Shown here: positions 39,501 through 50,362 of the stretch, one piece after another
Layout of the letters: each line of letters begins with the position of its first letter
Position numbering within the stretch: the first letter of the stretch is position 1
Assembly (NCBI GenBank): GCA_002269645.1
Contig: NIVC01000245.1
Location: forward strand, 62,001-126,000
DNA from: Macrostomum lignano
Lineage: Eukaryota
Length of the DNA stretch: 64,000 nucleotides
Direction of reading: 5' to 3'
Notes under the pieces: model-generated
Databases searched by the model: none
Told to the model about the DNA's origin: nothing
What the model saw: only the letters and a program-made list of their open reading frames with translations
Program-made: the position numbers and the translations under genes

Positions 39501-41015
39501 CCCCTACCCCAGTAGCATCTGCCCCCAATGTACTCTCTCTCCCGACGAAACCCCTACCACAGTAGCCCCTGCCCCCAATGTACTCTCTCTCCCGACGAAA
39601 CCCCTACCACAGTAGCCCCTGCCCCCAAATTACTCTCTCTCCCAAACAAACCCCTACCCCAGTAGCATCTGCCCCCAATGTACACTCCCGACGAAACCCC
39701 TACCCCAGTAGCCTCTGCCCCCAATGTACTCTCTCCTGACGAAACCCCTACCCCAATAGCATCTGCCCCCAATGTACTCTCTCCCAAACAAACCCCTACC
39801 CCAGTAGCCTCTGCCCCCAATGTACTCTCTCCTGACGAAACCCCTACCCCAGTAGCCTCTGCCCCCAATGTACTCTCTCCCAAACAAACCCCTACCCCAG
39901 TAGCCTCTGCCCCCAATGTACACTCTCCTAACTAAACCCCTACCCCAGTAGCCTCTGCCCCCAATGTTCTCTCTCCTAACTAAACCCCTACCCCAGTAGC
40001 CTCTGCCCCCAATGTACTCTCTCTCCTAACTAAACCTACCCCTGTAGCCTCTGCCCCTAATGTACACTCTCCTGACTAAACCCCTACCCCAGTAGCCTCT
40101 GCCCCCAATGTACTCTCTCTCCTAACTAAATCCCTACCTCAGTAGCCTCTGCCCCCAATGTACTCTCTCTCCTAACTAAACCCCTACCCCAGTAGCCTCT
40201 GCCCCCAATGAACACTCTCCTGATCTAACCCATACCAAATTAAGCCTCTGCCCTCAATGTACACCTAAAGGCCACTCTAGAACTTAAAATTGTAGAAAAA
40301 CATTGTAGCATTTATTCTCATGGCGTATTATATTCGTCCTATTTTTGTCTTGAAAATTTTCAACAGTTCATTTAAAACAATATTTCCAAGTTGCATATTC
40401 AATCAATGCACTGAATTCCTCTATCACTCACTTTCTAAGCTGTGGCCATAGGATATTCTTTAAGCTTTCAACTTATTTATCCACTACTAATATACAGTTT
40501 TTGTACGTTTTTATCTACGCTCAATGCGAGTTTTTAGAATTGTAACTTCTATTATTAAAACATTACCACGATAAACCGGTTTTTACAATAGTAATATTGA
40601 AAATCATTGCCTTGTTACATATGTTATAATTGAATCTCTGTCTGCTTTCACTTTGTCTCTTTGTCTTTTAATAATTTAATAATAAATTTACTTATTTTTA
40701 CCACATTGTCTAGTAACTTTAAATTTTCTTATTTTATTTTTTAAGTCTTGTTATATACGTTTCCTAGTTTTTTCGTTAAGAACTTTCTTCTCTTAACTTA
40801 ATACTATCTAGTTGCAGTTTTATAGTGAACTTTGATTCATCTCGATGGTCAGGAGAAAGTGCTTAATGCCCCTATATAGTTTCTGGATAGTTTCGATACG
40901 CTACTTATGTACATTCTGATCTATTTTTATTTTTATTGGTTTACAAATTTGTTTTATGTGTACATGCTCCCGGGATAACATAGAACACGTCACAGACAGA
41001 CAGACAGACAGGCAG

Positions 41016-41054
<39 letters not shown>

Positions 41055-41101
41055 TTAAGACACTAAGACAGAGAGACAGACAGACAGAGACAAACAGACA
41101 G

Positions 41102-41164
<63 letters not shown>

Positions 41165-41363
41165 GAGAGACAGACAGACAGACACTATGACAGACAGATA
41201 GACAGACAGACAGACACTATGACAGACAGATAGACAGAGAGATAGACAGACAGACAGACAGACAGACACTATGACAGACAAACAGACAGGCAGACAGACG
41301 GACAGACAGACATTAAGACACTAAGACAGAGAGACAGACAGACAGACGGACAGACAGACACGC

Positions 41364-41402
<39 letters not shown>

Positions 41403-41493
41403 TAAACACTATGGCAGACAGATAGACAGATAGACAGACACTATGACAGACACTATGACAGACAGATAGACAGACAGACAGACAGACAGACAC

Positions 41494-41544
<51 letters not shown>

Positions 41545-41653
41545 CTATGACAGACAGATAGACAGACAGACAGACACTATGACAGACAGATAGACAGAGA
41601 GATAGACAGACAGACAGACAGACAGACACTATGACAGACAAACAGACAGGCAG

Positions 41654-41684
<31 letters not shown>

Positions 41685-41811
41685 TTAAGACACTAAGACA
41701 GAGAGACAGACACGCAGACAGACAGACAGACAGACAGACAGATAGACAGACAGACAGACAGATAAACACTATGGCAGACAGATAGACAGATAGACAGACA
41801 CTATGACAGAC

Positions 41812-41860
<49 letters not shown>

Positions 41861-42385
41861 CACAGACAGACAGACAGACAGACAGACATTAAGACACTAA
41901 GACAGAGAGACAGACAGACAGAGACAAACAGACAGACAGACGGACACTCTGACATTTAATCAGACATAGACATAAACATGTTTGAAACGAAGATGCGCTG
42001 TGTTTTCTTGTTGTGGTGACTGAATCGTTAAAATCGTAACAAATATAATTGACCCTGACTAATTTGCTAACACTTTATAGACGTGAAATTGTCTAATTTC
42101 ACTACTGATTAATAAAACAAGTAGCATCTAACGCATTTTTTCTGTTAGTCTTTTTCATTGTACGATTTTGTTTGATCAGGAAGAATTGTAAAATTTTTTG
42201 GTGCGAATTTAAATTTTAACTTTCCCTTTTTCTAGTTGCCAGCGGCGAAGACTTCGGACCCCGTGATTCAGCACCTGGTGCGGATGTCGCGGGCTGTTAT
42301 CGCACTGGAAACCAGACTGAAACGCAATATTGGAGATTTAAAGTGCGCCGCTCCAACATTTAGAAGTAACGCGGATTTTGACTAA
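28378..42385 (+). CDS. LRCH: LRCH-like leucine-rich-repeat and calponin-homology protein, 7 exons (28378-28531, 33840-34114, 34202-34307, 35453-35844, 37302-37530, 38116-38405, 42236-42385), 1596 nt = 531 aa
   Basis: N-terminus [25 protein letters not shown] matches the LRCH start. It is followed by LRRs ([41 protein letters not shown]), the LRR cap [25 protein letters not shown] and a C-terminal CH-like segment [14 protein letters not shown]...[10 protein letters not shown]...YQRLGVSE. All six introns are GT-AG, the phases chain correctly, and the summed length is divisible by 3, ending in TAA. Confidence 0.88.
30030..31617. mobile_element. hAT/Charlie (MER58-like) MITE termini enclosing a long purine tract
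   Basis: Left end CAGGGATCGGCAGATTTTTATCTCAAAGGCCAGATA...GCGGGCCAGA and right end GGCCAGAGTTTGCCTGACATTCTG resemble CAGGGGTCGGCAAAC-type hAT MITE ends. No 8-bp TSD is seen. Confidence 0.5.
30090..31560. repeat. ~1.5-kb purine-rich (GA/GAA/GGA) low-complexity tract including a perfect (GA)n at ~30469-30541
   Basis: The plus strand is overwhelmingly A/G. Confidence 0.95.
32190..32568 (+). mobile_element. Possible old tRNA-derived SINE in LRCH intron 1
   Basis: A-box-like GTAGCCCAGTGG, degenerate B-box GGCTTGATTC, moderately GC-rich body in an AT-rich context, A-rich tail AATAAAAAAA. Confidence 0.35.
34378..35375. repeat. 16-bp minisatellite (GAAGATTCGAACTTGT)n in LRCH intron 3
   Basis: Tandem copies. 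Confidence 0.95.
36010..36845. repeat. ~33-bp dimeric (16+17) minisatellite (GGGATCTGAGTTATTG GGGATTTGAGTGTCTGT)n in LRCH intron 4
   Basis: Alternating related half-units. Confidence 0.9.
37590..38070. repeat. 20-bp minisatellite (GTTGCTAGGGTAGCTATTGG)n in LRCH intron 5
   Basis: Tandem copies. Confidence 0.9.
38430..38885. repeat. 20-bp minisatellite (GTTGCTATGGGAACTATCCT)n at the start of LRCH intron 6
   Basis: Tandem copies; related to the intron-5 unit. Confidence 0.9.
39465..40262. repeat. ~47-bp minisatellite (CCCAGTAGCCTCTGCCCCCAATGTACTCTCTCCTAACTAAACCCCTA)n
   Basis: Tandem copies in LRCH intron 6. Confidence 0.9.
40990..41950. repeat. (GACA)n microsatellite with interruptions
   Basis: Tandem 4-mers in LRCH intron 6. 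Confidence 0.95.
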
Positions 42386-42770
42386 TAAACAACATTTGAG
42401 ATTTTATAACTGTGTAGACCGTGTTAACTTGTCGAACTAGTTTGTAATTTTAAAATATCGTGATTCTAATTTTATGGAAAGTAGTCATAGTTAGTCGTAT
42501 TAAACTTGCTTGTGTTGTATGACTTCAAAAAATAAACGATATAGTAGTTGACAATTCATTTATTAAATGGTCATTTTTATTTGTCTAGCTAGTGCTTTTT
42601 TGCCCGAACGAAAAAACATATTGCACTACTTTTCAGACCAGGTATAAGTAGTACAAGTTGGCGGAATAAATACGAGCGTAAATCGTGTAGCTACAGAAAT
42701 AATGAAAGACGCACTAGTTAAACCAAACACAAAACTATCTGTACATAAAGCACAGAACTTATGTCCTTAG

Positions 42771-43706
42771 TTAGAAAATGTTAGCAAGGAACAGCAACCG
42801 CCTTCGGTCATACTCAGCCAGAATCAGATTAGCCTGATTACCCAACTCGATCAGGGCGACCCCAGAAGGCCTTTGAAGTGGGTTGCCTCCAGCATCCTGT
42901 AAGAAATTCTGCGAAACATTACCAGCAATGTCATAGACAGTGACAGAGTTGTTGGCGAACCCGCTAACGATCACGTGACCTTGGCTGTCTGCAGCAATCT
43001 GGCATAGCAGCGGTGAGCCGTCGATGGGTCCCGAGTGCTCTCTGAGATTCTGCAAGCCAATGCTTAACTTGAAGACGCGGCCGCTTCGATTGTCGCTCAT
43101 GAAGACGTCGTGCTCAGAAGCGGCAAGACTGCCGAGGTCCGACCCGACGAGCAGCGGCTCAGAGCTCAAGTTGACGATGCTCACTGCAGACAGCTGCTTG
43201 CTCAGCACCAGCAGTCGAGGTCCGCTCCGGTCCAGCAGCAAAATGCTGTCGTTGTTTCCAGCTACACCGCAGATGTTCAAAGAGTCGGCGCCTTCGTGCA
43301 GTCCGAGACGGTCGGCGCCGAGCTGCAGCGACACTCCGCCGCTGAGGTCCATCGCCGTGATTCGATCGGGCTGAGCCACGATCACCTGCTGCAGCTGCGA
43401 GTCCCAGTGCAGTCCCGTCACCTCCTTGTCCCAGTCGATGGAGTCGCAGTGAAGCTGGAACGGACCTGCCGAGCCATCCAGAGGCGACACAAGCAGGTAG
43501 TTAAAGATGCTCGGGTCGAATGACACCAGGACGCACGGCTGGGTCAGCGGCGATAAATATTGTTGAGTGCTGTCGGCGTCAGAGGCTCTGACCACTCGGC
43601 TGGACGAGTTGACAGCGAAGCCTCTTGTACAGGTGCACACAGCCAGCCGCTTGGGACTGGCCCTCAGAAAGTCGTGCTCAATTTTTGTGGACGATTGGTT
43701 AGGCAT
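42771..43706 (-). CDS. NHL-repeat / beta-propeller protein, copy A (311 aa, single exon, hydrophilic N-terminus)
   Basis: Intact ORF with NHL-like blades (QIAADSQGHVIVSGFANNSVTVYD; RPSGVAL...LILAEYDRRRLL). Paralogous to the adjacent plus-strand ORF. Confidence 0.75.
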   Translation of the reverse strand: MPNQSSTKIEHDFLRASPKRLAVCTCTRGFAVNSSSRVVRASDADSTQQYLSPLTQPCVLVSFDPSIFNYLLVSPLDGSAGPFQLHCDSIDWDKEVTGLHWDSQLQQVIVAQPDRITAMDLSGGVSLQLGADRLGLHEGADSLNICGVAGNNDSILLLDRSGPRLLVLSKQLSAVSIVNLSSEPLLVGSDLGSLAASEHDVFMSDNRSGRVFKLSIGLQNLREHSGPIDGSPLLCQIAADSQGHVIVSGFANNSVTVYDIAGNVSQNFLQDAGGNPLQRPSGVALIELGNQANLILAEYDRRRLLFLANIF

Positions 43707-43828
43707 ATTTTTAGTTATCTTTCGGTCACTTAATTTTGTTATAAACAGTAGTTCACTCGTTAAACGTAACCGTCTATTCGTGAGGTAAGGTTATTTAACG
43801 CAGATTCACAATTCAGATTCTTTTATTT

Positions 43829-44917
43829 ATGTTCTTTGAAAAGAAATTCCACGTGAAGCTGCATTTAGTGCGCCAGCCACTGTCAGAGCAGTTTTTGCTA
43901 GGGTTTTCTGCGGTGCTTGCTCTCTCTGTCTCTTTTGTAGCAGTTTATGCAAAGTGTAGACGGCTGGCTGTGTGCACCTGTACAAGAGGCTTCGCTGTCA
44001 ACTCGTCCAGCCGAGTGGTCAGAGCCTCTGACGCCGACAGCACTCAACAATATTTATCGCCGCTGACCCAGCCGTGCGTCCTGATGTCATTCGACCCGAG
44101 CATCTTCAACTACCTGCTTGTGTCGCCTCTGGATGGCGCGGCAGGTCCGTTCCAGCTTCACTGCGACTCCATCGACTGGGACAAGGAGGTGACGGGACTG
44201 CACTGGGACTCGCAGCTGCAGCAGGTGATCGTTGCTCAGCCCGATCGGATCACGGCGATGGACCTCAGCGGCGGAGTGTCGCTGCAGCTCGGCGCCGACC
44301 GTCTCGGACTGCGCGAGGGCGCCGACACTTTGGACATCTGCAGCGTAACTGGAAACAACGACAGCATTTTGCTGCTGGACCGGAGCGGACCTCGGCTGCT
44401 GGTGCTGAGCAAGCAGCTGTCTGCAGTGAGCATCGTCAACTTGAGCTTTGAGCCGCTGCTCATCGGGTCGGACCTCGGCAGTCTTGCCGCTTCTGAGCAC
44501 GACGTCTTCATGAGCGACAATCGAAGCGGCCGCGTCTTCAAGTTGAGTATTGGCTTGCAGAATCTCACAGAGCACTCGGGACCCATCAACGGCTCACCGC
44601 TGCTATGCCAGATTGCGGCAGACAGCCAAGGTCACGTGATCGTTAGCGGGTTCGCCAGCAACTCTGTCACTGTCTATGACATTGCTGGTAGTGTTTCGCA
44701 GAATTTGGTTGGCATTTTTTCTGCATGGCAACCTTTTAAGCTTCCGTCTGGCGTCGCGGTTTTCGAGTCCGACACTGGTATCACACTGCTCGTGTCCGAC
44801 TACGGTAGCAAAACTTTGTATGCGATTTCGTCTCCGTTTGATGAGTCTGACAAAGAAGTGGAGAAATTCTTGGGAATCTCCTTTTCCGAGGTGGTTAACT
44901 GTCGGTCCAGTGCCTAG
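43829..44917 (+). CDS. NHL-repeat / beta-propeller protein, copy B (362 aa, with an N-terminal hydrophobic segment)
   Basis: Intact ORF; 235 of 248 aa identical to copy A over RLAVCTC...VSQN; last blade KLPSGVAVFE...LLVSDYGSKTLY; N-terminal FLLGFSAVLALSVSFVAVYA followed by KCRR. The true start is uncertain because potential acceptors lie at 43940-43959. Confidence 0.7.
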   Translation: MFFEKKFHVKLHLVRQPLSEQFLLGFSAVLALSVSFVAVYAKCRRLAVCTCTRGFAVNSSSRVVRASDADSTQQYLSPLTQPCVLMSFDPSIFNYLLVSPLDGAAGPFQLHCDSIDWDKEVTGLHWDSQLQQVIVAQPDRITAMDLSGGVSLQLGADRLGLREGADTLDICSVTGNNDSILLLDRSGPRLLVLSKQLSAVSIVNLSFEPLLIGSDLGSLAASEHDVFMSDNRSGRVFKLSIGLQNLTEHSGPINGSPLLCQIAADSQGHVIVSGFASNSVTVYDIAGSVSQNLVGIFSAWQPFKLPSGVAVFESDTGITLLVSDYGSKTLYAISSPFDESDKEVEKFLGISFSEVVNCRSSA

Positions 44918-45044
44918 AAGACTGTTTCATGTGCTTTTCATGTGCTTTTCATAGCGTTTTCATGTGCTCTTGTTTCATTGTGTACTGTGGATTGTGCTTG
45001 TATAAACGCCATTTTTTACCAAGTAAAATTACTTGCATGTCATG

Positions 45045-45170
45045 CAGGGGCGTCGCCGTAGATTACTGTATATGGTGGGGGACAAATTAATAAAGCATTG
45101 GCATGTCCCCCATAGCTTTTACTGGGAGGAAACGTCCCTCCTGCCCCCCCCCCCTGGTGGTGACGCCCCT
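45045..45170. mobile_element. Short MITE with (G)CAGGGGCGTC...GACGCCCCTG(C) terminal inverted repeats
   Basis: TIRs at both ends of a ~125-bp GC-rich insert. A decayed, reverse-oriented relative of its interior lies at ~50275-50360. Confidence 0.6.
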
Positions 45171-46620
45171 GCTGCATGTACCAAGGTATACATGTAAATA
45201 CAAATCATGTACAGCAGGCACATTTTAATATTAAGCTATATAATTTATATATAACTTCTGTGAGCTGTGATACTCAAATTTTACATTTTTAGCGTAAAAT
45301 TTACGCCTGAATTTATGGTAATAGCTATATGTATTTTGCGTTAAAACTCACAAAAAATGTCCACATGTGGTACCCGCGTACAATTAATTTCTATAATTTA
45401 CATGTTACATGGCATGTCATGCGTAAAATGGACGTCACAATAGGCTTTTTACATGTACTGTTTTGCTCATAAAACAACAGCTGACTACTTCTTTTTTGTA
45501 ACTGTCGCACAATATAAAACAGAATATCGATTGTTTATATTCTTTGAAAAGTTTTATGTTACATTATGTAAATACAGCAGGATAACAATTAGCCGCACAA
45601 AATTGCGTCGAAATTGAAACAGAAATTGAAGCACGGCTTCAATGTTTCGTGTATAAGTTTTCGTCTTTTCGAGTATAAGTTTTAATAATTTTGGGGAATT
45701 GCTGATGAGTCATTATTTTACGCATCTTGTTTAACTTTTGAATCTACGTGTGTGTGTACTTGTAGTAGTAGTATAGTTGATTATCTTTTTCAGCAATTTT
45801 AGTTCTGAGGAACCCTTTGTGTATGTGATGCTAAATTATAAATTAAAGACGTTTTTATGTTCTTTTTTCAATTCAAGATGAGTGTGTGTAGTAAAAATGT
45901 AGTATTAACCAGTAATCTACAAGTCAAATGTTTTGAGTTTTTTTTCAGAAGACAAGTTACTGATGTTGAAAGAAAATTTAGATCGCATATTTTTATAGAA
46001 ACTGTCCAGCCAACCAGAAAAATGTTGAGGTAGCCACCTATAGCTACTAAACCGTTGCAAAAGTGATTTTATTGGTAAAAATCCTTCATACTCCACATAA
46101 ATTTCAGAAACGCATTTTCAGCCGAATTGTTCACTTTTATTTTCAAAGTAGGAGGCTGTCCAATCATTTATATGTGACAGTGTGATTCGTAGAAGCGTGT
46201 ATCGTATTTCTTTATTTTCATATGCATACCGTACTACTACTGTATTCTTTCATTTATTTTAACAATATTCGTACGTATTATTATCGCGCTATTTTTACTG
46301 TTAATTGCTTTGTTTTTGTAGCCTCGTATGTATTTATTCTATTATTTGTATTTCATTCATATCGTTATTATTTCTCGTAAAGTAGTTCTACTTATGTACA
46401 TGTACTGACGTATGTTATTCTTGCATGATATATTTATCGATTAATTTGTACATGTACATTGCGCGCCGCGTGGGGGGGGGGGTTGTTTGTCTGGGTTTTG
46501 GATTAAGGGTGTTGTTGTCTGTTTACCTTTAAATATATGCTTACACTAGTCAGCAGCCGCTCTCGCCCTTCCCCTTGCTTCGCTTCTCTAGACCTAGGCT
46601 TGCTAACCCTTAGCTGTGAC

Positions 46621-49329
46621 GCCCCGATCAAAAAAAGTTGGCTTAATTATGTCTTGAAGATGTCTTGCATAAGCTAGAAAGATGTCTTTAAGACGTCTTA
46701 TAATTGACTTAATTCGGTCTAAAAATTGGCTCCTTGCAACACTTGTAGACAGCTTAGAGATAACTTAAAGACGTCTTAAGACATCTTCAAGACATCTTAA
46801 AATCTGCTCAAAGACATCTTCCAGATGACTTGCAAAAGATGTCTTGCCCAAGATCATTTAAGAAATGCTGTTACCATGGTAATCAAAATTGTTTAAAAGA
46901 AATGACAAAAAGTATTACAGCACTCTTTTATTGGTTTCATTTCAGGCAACATTGATATTAAAGAAAAGCTTTTTGAGCTTCTAATTATGGTTCAATGCAA
47001 TTTATCATTTATTTTTTGATTTTATAAAAGGTACAGATTAAAAGTCACAAAAGCAATTAAAATGGTGAATTGAAAACAAGTAAAAATACAATATTTAATA
47101 AAAGTGCAAAAATACTCAATTGTATAAATATATAATGCATCATACCCAGTCATTGCATGGAAAGACTTAGTTAATGCAATAATGACTAAGTTGCTCATTG
47201 CTTGGTAAAAAGCTTGCTGTCAATTGATCCTTTGCTAGCCAATTACTAGTTTAGAATTGGCTTAATCCAGGAAGATTCAAGACCCAGGTTAGCTTGCACA
47301 ATGATAAATAGCATGCGTTGATAACAGTGGCTGAAAAAGATAAATTTAAAAAGGGTTATAGTTTATAGTTGAGTTTTAATAATTTCAAATTTATAAGTAA
47401 AAAGAATTAGATAATAAAAAATAAATAAAGAATAATTCTACTTTAAAACATTTATAAACAAATTATCTATAAGCTATACAAATTCAATAGCTTAGCCTTA
47501 GGCTCAAATATGTAGGCTAAGGCTTAGGGGCCTAGGGCCTAATCTCAAGGCAAAATAAAAAGATTGGAATGCCAATTTTATAAAACTTCTAACTTCTAAG
47601 TAAACTAACTCTATTTTTAAATCTATTAGGCCTAGGCCTAATCCAATTTTTGAATATGATATAATAAATTAGGCCTAGGCCTATATATAGCCATTTTAGG
47701 CTATCTATTTTTTATTTTAATTTTCATTGGCCTAGGGGGCCTAGCCTTTAGTTAGACAATGGCACCTATAATATATATATAGTATATTGAAAGCATATGT
47801 ACATTGCCATTAGCCACTAATAAAGGCAAAGAAAAAGGCAAAAGCAATAATATAGGGCTTAAGCCTAAGGCTTAGCCCAAGGAAATTATTTAATTTTGAC
47901 ATAAAAATCAAAACAAAATTTTTAGGCTTAAGGATAGAGCTAAGAGGCCTACAAAAAATTAGTCTTGATAAGCCAATCAATAGGCCTAGCTATAAAATTC
48001 TAACTTTAAATAAAAAACCAGAAGTAAGTAAATAAAACACTTTATACTTATAGGCCATAGTTAAAGCCTGAATCTTTTAAGGCCTAACTTATATTTTAGT
48101 TTAGTCTAATTTAAAATTATAATTTGGAAATCAGGATATTACAATTCTATTGCACAAAGATATAAAACTATATTCTGGGTTCTTTGTTTGCACCTGGCAT
48201 TAGGATGGGAAATCAAATCCTGGAAGCTATCCAAGGAAGGACTAAGTAAAAGACTAGGGGCCTTTTCATATTACCAATTCCAGAACCAGAATCGGTTCGG
48301 AATTCCAAGAAAAACAGCAGTATAACTATTAAACTCTGTTAATTTATTTGACTGCCTTAACAACCTAACTTAGCACAATTTTTCAATTTCTTCTTGGTGA
48401 TTGTCATTCAATAATAAAAACTTTATAGCACGTATCTCCCTCTAGTTATGGAGACAAAAAGTTATACTTCACAAATTGGTTCTGGTTCTGGAACCAGAGC
48501 AAGCAATATGAAAAGGCCCTAGGAAGGTCTAACTTGAGGATAGTAAATGTAAATCATCACTAATACACTATCACAGTAAGTAAGGATAAACCTAGGGTAG
48601 GGCTTAGGCCAGAAATCTATATAGGCTATAGCAGCCAATGAAAAATCGAAACTTATCACACAAGATAGAAACAAGTGTTCGACAATTAGGCCCCTAATCA
48701 TTAATTGATGATCATTAATCATGCCCGGGGGGTTGTCTTTAGTTCTTTTTAAAAATGATGTTCCGCCATTTTGTTTTTGGCTGTTTTGAACAAAAGCATC
48801 ACCGATAAGAATATATATTGCATCTTTGTCTATTTTTAATTCTGAGATGTTTAGATTTTTGTAAATATTTTTACCATCATCAATATTGTTGTAATTAAAC
48901 TTTGTCTTTAAGTTTATAACGACCCAATATAAAAAATTGCATATATTGCGCTTCAAAAAAGCTTAAAGGGTTATTTAAAATAAGCAAACCTTCCACAGAC
49001 TACAATTCAACGAAAATTAGCGATAAACGTCACAATAGTGCTTGATTTTCTTTTTTATCGATTTAGTGATCTGGATAAATTTGTATCTGAAATTTCCTAC
49101 TTACAGTAGAAACAGTAGTTTATGTAATTTTTTGTCTTTAAGGTGATGTCTTAAAGATGTCTTAAACAAGACATCTCACAAAAGTCAATTTTAAGTCATC
49201 TTGAAGACAGCTTCGTCAGGATGGCTTGTAGAAGCAAAGTTAAAGATATCTTGAAATTGTCTTGAGGTGTCTTTAGCCATCTTAAGACAATTATAAGATG
49301 TCTTAAGACAACTTCTTTTTGATCGGGGC
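46621..49329. mobile_element. Non-autonomous DNA transposon with GCCCCGATCAAAAAA TIRs and subterminal AAGATGTCTT/AAGACATCTT repeats (CMC/EnSpm-like organisation)
   Basis: Left GCCCCGATCAAAAAAAGTTG and right CAACTTCTTTTTTGATCGGGGC. Both ~200-bp subterminal zones are packed with AAGA(C/T)(A/G)TCTT motifs. The AT-rich interior has no intact transposase; TSD not identified. Confidence 0.7.
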
Positions 49330-49519
49330 TGTCTGGCCTCCTTACACCAACTCTTCCGCCGTCTACCTTGGCACACCAATTAGTTAATTAACTGATCCAG
49401 CAATTTTAAGTAGCACTAGCAAAAGTCTAAGGGTTGAAGCGGCTTGCCGATCTGCTAAATAATCGTGAACTATCTAAATTAACCGCTACACAAATCCGTC
49501 TTATTCGCCTTATTCGTCA

Positions 49520-49645
49520 CATATAATCCCACATCCGATGCCCTCTTTGAAAGTCATCTCGAAGAGTTCCTCTGGCGTCGCATGTACCCTACCAACGTCT
49601 TCGGTGCAGTGCTGTATTGGATTGCCCATTAATATCCTGTTAATC
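49520..49645 (+). pseudogene. C-terminal remnant of a Merlin/IS1016-family transposase
   Basis: Translation PTSDALFESHLEEFLWRRMYPTNVFGAVLYWIAH*YP matches the Merlin C-terminal pattern (S)xxLFxSxLxEFLWRR...F..(I/L)A..YP. It contains an in-frame stop and no upstream DDE region. Confidence 0.55.
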
Positions 49646-50269
49646 CTGTTACTGCGATGTTATAATCCTGTTAATGTTCACTTGTTTGATTGTTCATGAC
49701 GTTGGCGCGGATTCAAAAGTAAAATAATTACGCGAAACAAACTACAACAACATTGCCGTAGTTGCACATATATTATACCTGAACTGAAATCTCCTTATGA
49801 TCTTCAGTTCAGTTTCAGTTTTGTATCCTTGCTGCCCTACCATCTCACTAACCTGCATGCTTCAAAAGATTATTAAATCAAAGCAAGACAACTGGGTTAT
49901 GATTTTCACCTGACAAGTAGCTTATCTGCAGATATTACTACTTGAGAATGAATGATTGAATTATTGCAAACCAGGATTGGAATCCCAATGGTCAATCCTA
50001 GGATTTTCTAATCCCAGACAAGTGTGATCCCAGAATTTAGAATCCCAGGATTCAAGCATAATTAAAATCCCAGTATTATAGGATCCCAGGATCCTGGGAT
50101 TGTATTCCCTAAATGGCTAAATAGGAGTAGGACAATGGATGGATATATATTATATTTTTTGTGATGCTTAAAATCGATCTATTGCTTTAAGCAAGCAATA
50201 CTTAAAGCAGTATATTCCTTAAGGGATATATATCATATCATAAATTGGTGATAATTGCATTACTACTAG

Positions 50270-50362
50270 GCCCAGTTGGGGGAACAGAGGGGACATGTCC
50301 CCCCTCCTAATAAAAGCTATGAAGGGAATGCCAATGCTTTGTCCCTCACCCCACCTTATAAA
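50270..50362. mobile_element. Decayed inverted relative of the 45.05-kb MITE
   Basis: GGGGACATGTCCCCCTCCTAATAAAAGCTATGAAGGGAATGCCAATGCTTTGTCCC resembles the reverse complement of ~45070-45150. Confidence 0.5.

Noticed and set aside
45698-45730. Hammerhead ribozyme core (CTGATGAGTC)
   Set aside because: No stem II closing with GAAA and no recognisable stems I/III nearby.
48519-48956. 145-aa ORF inside the GCCCCGATC transposon as a possible transposase
   Set aside because: AT-rich, non-ATG start, no recognisable DDE or zinc-finger motif.
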